Below, one piece after another: positions 25,756-33,517 of a DNA stretch of 37,242 nucleotides. The notes under the pieces were generated by a model that was not told where the DNA came from, ran no database searches, and saw only the letters and a list, made by a program, of their open reading frames with translations. The DNA comes from a virus (taxonomy: Duplodnaviria; Caudoviricetes): positions 1 to 37,242 of the IMG/VR virus record IMGVR_UViG_3300025502_000066; one strand, given 5' to 3'. Made by a program: the position numbers and the translations under genes. The stretch's first letter is position 1. Each line of letters begins with the position of its first letter.

Positions 25756-26271
25756 ATGTGCCTATCTGAAAACTGCATCGGAAAACCCGTAAGTCGGGGC
25801 CATTGCTCCACTCATTACCATAAACTTTGGAAATCGGGTGCCTTCGCGAAGAACAGAGACAGGGCTCCGAAGCGTTGCTCTGTCGAGGATTGCGATTTGG
25901 CCTTCAAGAAAAGAGGGTATTGCGGAAACCATTATCAAGCGGCAAGAAACGCGGGAGAGTTTAGTGATTGTCAATGCTCAATGGAAGGATGCGTCGATGT
26001 TTTTTATGCAAAGAAACTTTGTCGCTACCACTACACCGTCGAAAGAAGGTATTCAATATCTTTAGTCGATTACCAAAAATTACTGGTGGAGCAAAACTTT
26101 TCTTGTAAAATATGTGGCAGAAAAGAAACGACAAACTTGTCCATTGACCACGACCATGTCACGCAAGAAGTAAGGGGGCTACTTTGCCGCTCTTGCAATT
26201 TGGGCATTGCAAATTTTGATGATAATGTAGACAGGCTAAAATCCGCTATCGTTTATCTATCCAATAGCTAG
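25756..26271 (+). CDS. endonuclease VII-type HNH protein
   Basis: CKICG..LSIDHDH..VRGLLCRSCN; three N-terminal Cx4C..CxxHY repeats. Confidence 0.9.
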   Translation: MCLSENCIGKPVSRGHCSTHYHKLWKSGAFAKNRDRAPKRCSVEDCDLAFKKRGYCGNHYQAARNAGEFSDCQCSMEGCVDVFYAKKLCRYHYTVERRYSISLVDYQKLLVEQNFSCKICGRKETTNLSIDHDHVTQEVRGLLCRSCNLGIANFDDNVDRLKSAIVYLSNS

Positions 26272-26291
26272 TGCGTGGTATCATTGACACA

Positions 26292-27260
26292 ATGTCTAAA
26301 ATTCTTATTGAGCAGTCAAGCGCACCCACTAAGGTAGGCAATCGCTGGCGAGCTGTACTCATCACCCCGGGTAGCGGCTCTACGGGTGTCTATAGCGAGT
26401 CGGTGCTGTCCAAATATGGCGCAGTGGCTTTCCCCAAGGGCACTCACTCTTACGTGGACCACCCCCGCTCCGACGAAGAATCCCGCTCTGCCAAGAACCT
26501 AATCGGCACGCTGGCGGAAGACGCTTACTACGAAAAAGGTATTGGTCTTGTTGGGGAAATTGACATCATGCCCCACTGGAAAGAGTTTGTTGAGGCAGTG
26601 GCCCCGCACACGGGCCTCTCTATCTACGCAATGGGCGAAGGCGACGAGGCTGACTCTGGAGAATTTGAAGTCACCAGTCTCCACGCTAACATTCAAAACT
26701 CAGTTGACCTGGTGTCTTACGCCGGGCGCCCGGGCTCAAAGCTCGAAGCAAAGCTTTACGAAGCCGCAGTATCGATTTCTGCGGAAAAAGAAATTTCCAT
26801 CGAGGAAGAAGTTCTCGATTCGGAAACAAGTGCTACGCCTCCGATAGTCGTAGTCTCAACAATAAATGAAGAAGAAGGATACTCAGATATGGAAATCCAA
26901 GAACTGAGCGACCAGATTGCTGCTTTGCCTCAACTCATTGCAACCGCTGTCGTAGAAGCTATGGCCCCTGTCGAGGAAGTGGAAGAGAAGGAAGAGATTA
27001 ATGTTGAGGCTGTTGCCGAAGCGTTGGTCGCTGCCGACCTCCCCCAGATTTCTCGTAAGGCTGTCTACGAGTCTATTCGTGCCGGTGTGGACATTACTGT
27101 AGCCATCGAAAGCCAGAAGGCTTACGTTGACTCCGTGAAAGCTCACCTCAAAGAGGAAGCAAAGTCTTCCCCCAGGGCAATCGAAGAAGCTCTCATCATC
27201 AATGGTGGAGGAAAAGGCGAGACCCTTTCCAGCATCGCAAACATTAAGGTTGGTGCCTAA
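26292..27260 (+). CDS. capsid maturation protease / scaffold fusion
   Basis: YVDH, GLSI and SVDLV protease motifs; acidic helical C-terminal half. ATG 26292 is leaderless. Confidence 0.8.
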   Translation: MSKILIEQSSAPTKVGNRWRAVLITPGSGSTGVYSESVLSKYGAVAFPKGTHSYVDHPRSDEESRSAKNLIGTLAEDAYYEKGIGLVGEIDIMPHWKEFVEAVAPHTGLSIYAMGEGDEADSGEFEVTSLHANIQNSVDLVSYAGRPGSKLEAKLYEAAVSISAEKEISIEEEVLDSETSATPPIVVVSTINEEEGYSDMEIQELSDQIAALPQLIATAVVEAMAPVEEVEEKEEINVEAVAEALVAADLPQISRKAVYESIRAGVDITVAIESQKAYVDSVKAHLKEEAKSSPRAIEEALIINGGGKGETLSSIANIKVGA

Positions 27261-27604
27261 TGGCCCTGAACGAAGTCTACAAAGATGCTTTCTCTGTGGA
27301 GTACCAAGTCAACACCGCCGTCCGGTCGGGCATGTTCGTGCACCTTAACGGACTGCACGGTGTTGCCGAGACCGACGCAAAGGTTGGCGCTGACACGAAC
27401 CACTACGCCACCATTCGTCAGATTGGTGTATTCCGTGGGACCACGGCAGACGCTACCGCAATCGGAGACGCTCTCTACATTGCAGGCGAGGCTCTCTGGG
27501 GTACTGCGTTGACCACGACTGCAACCGACAACTTCTTCGTTGGTCGCGCCGCAGCCGTCAAGGCCGGAACCGCCGGCACGGTCCTCGTCAGAATCAACAA
27601 CTAA
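27260..27604 (+). CDS. capsid decoration/cement protein (DUF2190-like)
   Basis: 114 aa, Ala/Thr/Gly-rich beta pattern, between protease and MCP. Confidence 0.7.
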   Translation: MALNEVYKDAFSVEYQVNTAVRSGMFVHLNGLHGVAETDAKVGADTNHYATIRQIGVFRGTTADATAIGDALYIAGEALWGTALTTTATDNFFVGRAAAVKAGTAGTVLVRINN

Positions 27605-27621
27605 GAATAGGTGACTGACTA

Positions 27622-28743
27622 ATGCCCAGCATTGTAAAAGTACAAGAGGCCGTAACGGCCATCGAAGAGCGCACCACGTCGCGTCAGATGGAAGCTGCAA
27701 AGCTTTTCACTGCCGCGCTCGCCGGTGACAAGCGTGCCAAACTGACTCTCCAGGAAGGTATTTCGTCCAGCGACATTCCTAGCCTGCTTGAGCCCATCGT
27801 CAACGTCACCTTCCTTGCGAAGTATGCCGCTGAGGTAAACGTGTGGGACCAGATTGCCGACGAAAGGACCGAAGATAACTTCGGGAAAATCAAGTTCGGT
27901 AACTTCAACATCGACGCTACTCACATCACCGCAGGCGGTGGAGAAGAGTTCATCGCAGGTGGCCTTCCTTCCGTAGGCGAATATGAAGAGTACCAGGCAG
28001 TTCCGTTCACCACGAGCGAGGTCGAGAAAGAGTTCGAAGGCAAAAAGGGTGTTCGCGTCCGCCTGTCGTTTGAAACTCTTCGCCGCACCGGTGACTTCAA
28101 CATCATCAGTGAGATGACCACGGCGTTTGCTCGTGCCGCAGCTCGCCAGGAAGATATTTCCTTGGCCAAGTTGTTTGTCACTACGGCTGGCGCAATCGGA
28201 ACAGGATTCACCGGAAAAGGAATTGCTGGAAACCCAGCTTTGTCCCTTGCCGCTCTGGATACTGCTATGACAGCATCTCGCACGGACACCGTTGACGGCG
28301 ACCGCGTACTCGGAACTGACTTTAAGTTGGTTTACGGCTCGGCTCTCCGTTTGACTGTTCGCGACATGTTCGCTGTTCAGCAAATTGTTAGGACTGTAGG
28401 TGACACGGAAAGCACATTCGACCCTCGTTTGTTTACTTCTCCTTACTCGCCTATCGAGTTCAACGCCCTGGACACTGTCTCTGGCGGAACAACTGATGCG
28501 TTCTGGTTCGTTATGCCTCAGAACCTCCCCCGTCCTCACTTCTGGCAGACATTCTTGTCTGGTGCTCGCACCCCCCTTATCTCCATCAAGGACAGCGGAC
28601 ACTTTAGCCTCGGTGGCGGAGAGGTCCCCTTCCGTGAAGGTAGCTTCGAGGAAGACGATGTACAGACTCGTATCCGTCACATCGTGCAGGCCATCCCCAT
28701 GTTCAAAGATGGGCTTCGCGTCTCGACAGGTGCCGGCTCCTAA
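27622..28743 (+). CDS. major capsid protein
   Basis: 373 aa; position, LPSVGEYEEY-type motif, strong codon bias, followed by a terminator. Confidence 0.88.
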   Translation: MPSIVKVQEAVTAIEERTTSRQMEAAKLFTAALAGDKRAKLTLQEGISSSDIPSLLEPIVNVTFLAKYAAEVNVWDQIADERTEDNFGKIKFGNFNIDATHITAGGGEEFIAGGLPSVGEYEEYQAVPFTTSEVEKEFEGKKGVRVRLSFETLRRTGDFNIISEMTTAFARAAARQEDISLAKLFVTTAGAIGTGFTGKGIAGNPALSLAALDTAMTASRTDTVDGDRVLGTDFKLVYGSALRLTVRDMFAVQQIVRTVGDTESTFDPRLFTSPYSPIEFNALDTVSGGTTDAFWFVMPQNLPRPHFWQTFLSGARTPLISIKDSGHFSLGGGEVPFREGSFEEDDVQTRIRHIVQAIPMFKDGLRVSTGAGS

Positions 28744-28758
28744 GCACTAAAAAGAATT

Positions 28759-28794
28759 CCCCCCGGGCCATTGCGGTTCGGGGGGTTTTTCTTT
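28759..28794 (+). terminator. intrinsic terminator
   Basis: CCCCCCGGGCC-ATTGC-GGTTCGGGGGG followed by TTTTTCTTT. Confidence 0.9.
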
Positions 28795-28808
28795 GCTATG
28801 ATGGAGCT

Positions 28809-28882
28809 AACAGCTTCCCTCCTGCTGTAGGATTTCGACCCGTTGAGCCTAACCCCCTTCCTGGCTCCGGGTCGAAATCTGC
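28809..28882 (+). ncRNA. candidate two-hairpin small RNA with C/U-rich anti-SD loops
   Basis: Promoter TGC-TATGAT at 28794-28802. Hairpins ACAGC-TTCCCTCCT-GCTGT and GATTTCGACCCG-TT-GAGCC-TAACCCCCTTCCT-GGCTC-CGGGTCGAAATC. Confidence 0.6.
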
Positions 28883-28904
28883 TTAAGTGGTGTAAAATAG
28901 AATC

Positions 28905-29315
28905 ATGGCTAACACAGGAATTTTCCCCGCAGACTACACGAGTGACGTAGGCAAGGTTCGTGTACTAATTGGGGATACGCAAGCTGAGAGTGTTGATGCT
29001 GGTGAAGGTACGTACATGTACTTTGGCGATGACGAGATTGCTGCATTTCTCACAATGTACGGCGACAACACTAAGCTTGCGGCAGCCAGGTGTCTTGAAA
29101 CTCTTGCGACCTCTCAGGCCATGCTTCTCAAGTCTTGGTCGTCTGATGACCTGACGGTAAACGGCGATAAGATTGCCGAGTCCCTACGCAAGCTTGCCGC
29201 CCAGTTGCGCGAAGAGGCGCTCCAGGATGAGTCAAACGAATACTTTGAGATGATAAAAATGTTTGTTGACGAAGACGATGATGGCACGGCGGACACTTAC
29301 CCTTGGTGGAACTAG
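28905..29315 (+). CDS. head-to-tail adaptor
   Basis: VRVLIGDT..FGDDEIAAFL pattern; position after MCP. Confidence 0.75.
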   Translation: MANTGIFPADYTSDVGKVRVLIGDTQAESVDAGEGTYMYFGDDEIAAFLTMYGDNTKLAAARCLETLATSQAMLLKSWSSDDLTVNGDKIAESLRKLAAQLREEALQDESNEYFEMIKMFVDEDDDGTADTYPWWN

Positions 29316-29316
29316 C

Positions 29317-29757
29317 GTGGCCATCTACAAAAACGCGGTTATCGACTTCCATAAAATTGCGGTTGAGATGCGTTCCGTTGTCGAGGGTTGGTACAACGCT
29401 CAAGTGGAAGTGATTGACACGAACCTTCGTGAGCAGACTTGGGATATGGCGACGAACACTTACGGGGCCACCACGGAAACAATCGTATGGTCCGGGAAGG
29501 CACGCATTCAGCCTGTCCGCTCTTCTTCCACACCACAGCTAGAGGTTACTCAGGGGTCCATACAGGGCGTTATGGTGCAGGTTCCTTATGACGCCACCCT
29601 GGGGCTCGTGCGTAAGGGTATGCAGGTGAGAGTCACTAGCGGGGGCGAGGACGCAGTTCTCGAGGACCTCATACTTGTTGTCCGGTCGGCAATCAATTCG
29701 TCTTACGGGTGGAATAGAACCATTGAGTGCGACGCTGATGTGAAGTCGCCCGCGTAG
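29317..29757 (+). CDS. head-to-tail stopper (DUF6093-like)
   Basis: GTG 29317; VWSGKARIQ motif; synteny. Confidence 0.65.
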   Translation: MAIYKNAVIDFHKIAVEMRSVVEGWYNAQVEVIDTNLREQTWDMATNTYGATTETIVWSGKARIQPVRSSSTPQLEVTQGSIQGVMVQVPYDATLGLVRKGMQVRVTSGGEDAVLEDLILVVRSAINSSYGWNRTIECDADVKSPA

Positions 29758-30308
29758 TGTCTTTTTCAATGCGTTTGAACGAGAAGATGAAGCAAAGGGT
29801 GAACGACAGAATTCTTGCTCTCCCTGAGTTGATTATGAAAGAGACCGAGAACCTTGCTAAGGAAATTGGTAATATTGGCGAAAAGCGCATCAAGAAGTAC
29901 ATTATCGAAAGCGAGACGCCTTTTAGCAGGGCCGCACAGTCCGCTGGGCTAAACAAGGGTTCTGGTAGGAGACGCACGGGGAAGATGTACAACTCGGTGA
30001 GCTACAAGACGGTTGCTTTCAAAAGCAAAACAAGGATTCTTGTGGGCTGGATTAAGTCTAGCGTTCCCAAGTATTACAGATACCAGGAGAGCGGATTCAA
30101 GAACAGGTTCAAGGCGGCGTACAGCGCCGGTGGTGCGCTAAGAGTCAAGGGTGGCAAACCCGTTTTGAGGATGCTCCCCAATGGTGAGTTCAACATGACT
30201 AAGGGAATGTTTGCTATTCGTGACACCAGGTTTGACCTGGAGAAGATGATACCAAAACTCAAAAAACAGTACATCAAAAACATTGTTCAGGAGATGAAAA
30301 GAATATGA
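29757..30308 (+). CDS. neck / tail completion protein (HK97 gp10-like)
   Basis: Basic protein with RTGKMYNSV..Y..YQESG motif; synteny. Confidence 0.6.
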   Translation: MSFSMRLNEKMKQRVNDRILALPELIMKETENLAKEIGNIGEKRIKKYIIESETPFSRAAQSAGLNKGSGRRRTGKMYNSVSYKTVAFKSKTRILVGWIKSSVPKYYRYQESGFKNRFKAAYSAGGALRVKGGKPVLRMLPNGEFNMTKGMFAIRDTRFDLEKMIPKLKKQYIKNIVQEMKRI

Positions 30309-30763
30309 ACGGGATAGATTTAGTTTCCATTCAAGAAGAAATTGAGACACACATTGCCACCGCTTTCCCTAACTTTGCGATAAAAGAAGACCAAGTTCTC
30401 GACGATGAGGCAATCTTGCGAGTGAGCAACAAAACCAAACCATTTGTTGTTCTTCGCTGGGGCGGCTTGAACCGGAGCGAACAAAACACTTCGTTTGCTG
30501 GCGTCCGACACGATGAGTACTTCTCCAAGTTTGACATTATTTCTGTGGCGCCCAACCCAAAAATAGCCAGGCAAGTTTTGAACTACTTTTTGGATGGCCT
30601 CATCGGATGGAAAATAACCAATGGTGCATCGTTGACGCCGGAGCTCGGGGAGTCCGTTTTTCCCATCCTAGATTCGAACGCCGTGCCGCACCTATACTTG
30701 GGGATAGGCACTCTCAGCTTCCGTTTCAATTCGGATAACCCAAATTCTAATATAACCCCGTAG
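30305..30763 (+). CDS. tail terminator protein
   Basis: 152 aa before the tail tube genes; PFVVL motif. Confidence 0.6.
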   Translation: MNGIDLVSIQEEIETHIATAFPNFAIKEDQVLDDEAILRVSNKTKPFVVLRWGGLNRSEQNTSFAGVRHDEYFSKFDIISVAPNPKIARQVLNYFLDGLIGWKITNGASLTPELGESVFPILDSNAVPHLYLGIGTLSFRFNSDNPNSNITP

Positions 30764-30782
30764 GTGATGGTAAACTAGATAT

Positions 30783-31034
30783 ATGGTACTTGCCCTAAAC
30801 ACTGTGTCCGGTCAGATTTGTGACGTGACCCCCAGGATTCTTGCCCACCCTAACTATAAAGACATTCTTGTCCCCGTTGGTTCTGACGCAAAACCGTACA
30901 ATCCGGTGATGTATCAGCCAGGCACCGTGGCCGAGAAAGATGAGCAACGCTCCGGGTTGAATTTTCTTCGGAAAAGACAACTAGAGGTAGTTCAAGAGCA
31001 GGAAACCGAAACCGATATTGAGAAAGAGAACTAA
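30783..31034 (+). CDS. hypothetical protein
   Basis: Leaderless TGG-TAAACT-6 nt-ATG; TAATG overlap with the next gene. Confidence 0.65.
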   Translation: MVLALNTVSGQICDVTPRILAHPNYKDILVPVGSDAKPYNPVMYQPGTVAEKDEQRSGLNFLRKRQLEVVQEQETETDIEKEN

Positions 31035-31552
31035 TGACGACTAACACTAGAGTTTATCGCGCAAACATTAAGTTCTGTCTCGCTTACCCGGAGGCTTTCG
31101 CAGACCGCACAGCCCCCACCGCAGCGGAGCTGAACGCATCGGCTCTAGTAACTAACGTTACTTGCGCCCTAAACGAAGACGGAACCACATTTACGCTTGG
31201 CGATTCAGACACCGACGATTCCGTCACTTTTTGTGACGTAGGAAACGTGTCTACGCCTACACTGTATAACCCCGAAGTTGTGTTTGAGATGTTCCGCGAC
31301 GCGGACATTGATGCAACCGGAGTGTTCAACGCAGCGTTCAACCTGATGGCATTCCCCGATGTTGCTTACATCGCGGTCATGCGAGTGGGAAGCGCCAGCG
31401 ATGTTGACTTCGCGACTGGGGACCGAATCAAAATGGTTGGCGTAAAAACTGACTTTGGTATCGACGCTATCGGCTCCGGCGAGAATACGCGAATGGTACA
31501 GTCCTTCCTGAACAACGATTTCACTAACTGGAACTACGAGGTGGCTTCATAA
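31034..31552 (+). CDS. tail tube-like protein, paralog 1
   Basis: AFADRTAPTAAELNAS motif typical of actinophage major tail proteins. Confidence 0.75.
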   Translation: MTTNTRVYRANIKFCLAYPEAFADRTAPTAAELNASALVTNVTCALNEDGTTFTLGDSDTDDSVTFCDVGNVSTPTLYNPEVVFEMFRDADIDATGVFNAAFNLMAFPDVAYIAVMRVGSASDVDFATGDRIKMVGVKTDFGIDAIGSGENTRMVQSFLNNDFTNWNYEVAS

Positions 31553-32304
31553 TGACTGATGTAAAAGTTCCTTCAAGCGGAAACATTCGCATCTGGTGGG
31601 CTATCCCTAGCGCCTTCTCGGACTACAAGAACCCCACTGCGGCTGAAATCAACGCTTCTGTTGACATTTCGGATGCTATCTCGTGGAACGACTTGGACTT
31701 CGGGCTTCAAGCTTCTAACCAACTTGATGACCCTGCTATCACAGCTCTTGGTAAAACCGCAGACCGTGGTTACGCTAACTGGGGTGGCAACATGTCCATG
31801 TACTACCCTCAGAGCTTCGATGACGCAAACAGCGCCTACTCGTTGACTTACGACCTTATTGACACGCCCCGCACGCTGGGATACGTTGTTATGCGTATCG
31901 ATGGCACGGAACCTTCCAATAAGGCTGCTGCTGACGGCAACATGGTTCACGTTCTCAAAGTAATTACTGATGGGTTTGCTGAGTCCGTTACTGGCGAAGA
32001 AGCTTTCCGCTACACGGTCTCTATGCTCCCCCAGGGTGACTATGCGGTTCGCGCAATCGTCGGCGCCGGTGATGTAGTTGTCACTCCCGACACCCTTTCC
32101 AGTGACGCTGGCGACTTCGACGTTCTTGCCGCAACTTTTGGTGGGCGTGTCTACAGCAAGGGCGTAACGTGGAGCTCAAGTGACGTGGCAGTTGCCACCG
32201 TTTCTTCGGCTGGCGTTGTCACCTCCGTAGCGTCCGGGACCGCAACAATCACTGCTACCTCCCCTGGTGCCACCACTGATACTTGTGCGGTTACTGTCGC
32301 ATAG
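31552..32304 (+). CDS. major tail protein, paralog 2, with C-terminal Ig-like (Big_2) domain
   Basis: AFSDYKNPTAAEINAS; VTWSSSDVAVATVSSAGVVTSVASGTATITAT. Confidence 0.85.
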   Translation: MTDVKVPSSGNIRIWWAIPSAFSDYKNPTAAEINASVDISDAISWNDLDFGLQASNQLDDPAITALGKTADRGYANWGGNMSMYYPQSFDDANSAYSLTYDLIDTPRTLGYVVMRIDGTEPSNKAAADGNMVHVLKVITDGFAESVTGEEAFRYTVSMLPQGDYAVRAIVGAGDVVVTPDTLSSDAGDFDVLAATFGGRVYSKGVTWSSSDVAVATVSSAGVVTSVASGTATITATSPGATTDTCAVTVA

Positions 32305-32323
32305 GAACTACCCGACAGGAAAA

Positions 32324-32351
32324 GCCCTCGCTTCGGCGGGGGTTTTTCTTT
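32324..32351 (+). terminator. intrinsic terminator
   Basis: CCCTCGC-TTCG-GCGGGGG followed by TTTTTCTTT. Confidence 0.9.
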
Positions 32352-32391
32352 GCCCATGGTAGTATCGTGGTACAAACCACCAGGAGGAAAA

Positions 32392-33057
32392 TTGTCTACA
32401 GAATCAGATTACGAAGAAATCCGTGAAGCGGTAGATGCTGTAAAGGCGCCAGGCGTTTTTGATATCCTTTCCGTATTGAAAGGTCGCGGATACCCCGAAA
32501 CTCAGGTCCCAGTGTACATGGACGAAAACGCCATTTATGCTATCTCCGAAGTGAAAGACAAGATTGAGGAGCAAGAAAACAAAACTGGACTCAAAGGGGA
32601 GAGCGAAAAAACCAAAAAAATCATCGAGGCTCTCTACGAAGAAAAAGAATCCCTCACTAAAAAGATTACTGCTTCGGGGCTTACCGTGCACCTTGTGGGC
32701 ATTGCTGAGGGCTCGAGAGAAGAAACTTACCGCAAGGCTGTGAAAAAGTATCCAATCGAATACGAAAAAGAAGACCCTATGGCTGGACTTCTCGCTGGTG
32801 GCAAAAAGAAAGAGCAGAAAGATTCGCCTCAACGCGACGACTTGTTCACCGACTTTTTGTGGCAAGAACACATTGTAAAAATAGTTGACGTTGAAGGCAA
32901 CGAACAAACGGACTTCGCTTACAGTACCATCAATCAGGTACGCAATCAGTTTCCTTTGAGCGCCTCTATTGCAATCAACAAAGCTATCGAGAAGCTCCGC
33001 GACGCTACCGCATTATTCGTGATGGAAACGGGCGAAGATTTTTTAGCGAAGCCCTAA
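32392..33057 (+). CDS. tail assembly chaperone (gpG-like)
   Basis: TTG 32392 after AGGAGG; lies between tail tube and tape measure genes. Confidence 0.8.
   Translation: MSTESDYEEIREAVDAVKAPGVFDILSVLKGRGYPETQVPVYMDENAIYAISEVKDKIEEQENKTGLKGESEKTKKIIEALYEEKESLTKKITASGLTVHLVGIAEGSREETYRKAVKKYPIEYEKEDPMAGLLAGGKKKEQKDSPQRDDLFTDFLWQEHIVKIVDVEGNEQTDFAYSTINQVRNQFPLSASIAINKAIEKLRDATALFVMETGEDFLAKP
33039..33045 (+). other. -1 programmed frameshift slippery site T TTT TTA
   Basis: In register with GAT TTT TTA. The -1 frame is open to 33497. Confidence 0.8.
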
Positions 33058-33497
33058 CCTGGAATCAAAACAGGTTCCTGGCAACGTTCCTCAAGGCTGC
33101 CGCGAGCATAGGGCACCCACCGACGGCGGTTATTTTCAGTGACCCGTCTCACAAGAAGTGGACCTTTTGGGATTACCGTCTCATCAAAGCTCACTACCTC
33201 CTAGAGGACTGGTATCGGGACGGCGTGCCTATCTGGTGGGACGAGTCCGACCGTGTCACTTTTGACGCTAAAGGCAGAGTGTCTAAGTCTCGTGCCGCAG
33301 TCGAGAAGGCTTCCGAAATAGACGGCAAGAAGAAAACCAAGTCTCACGGCCTGTACTTTATTGCGGAGCCCCGCACAATGGACCAGGGTGCGATGCCAAC
33401 AAGGCAAGAGTGGCTTGAGGAGCAAGAAGCGAAGAAGGGCCCCCAGGAACCTAGACGACGGCCCCAGGAGCCCCAAATTTTACAGGGGAAAAAGTAG
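33039..33497 (+). CDS. tail assembly chaperone frameshift extension (gpT-like)
   Basis: FFSEALTWNQNRFL... is continuous with the listed 33225-33497 ORF. Confidence 0.75.
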   Translation, partial: FFSEALTWNQNRFLATFLKAAASIGHPPTAVIFSDPSHKKWTFWDYRLIKAHYLLEDWYRDGVPIWWDESDRVTFDAKGRVSKSRAAVEKASEIDGKKKTKSHGLYFIAEPRTMDQGAMPTRQEWLEEQEAKKGPQEPRRRPQEPQILQGKK

Positions 33498-33517
33498 CTA
33501 TGCGGTAGAATATATAT

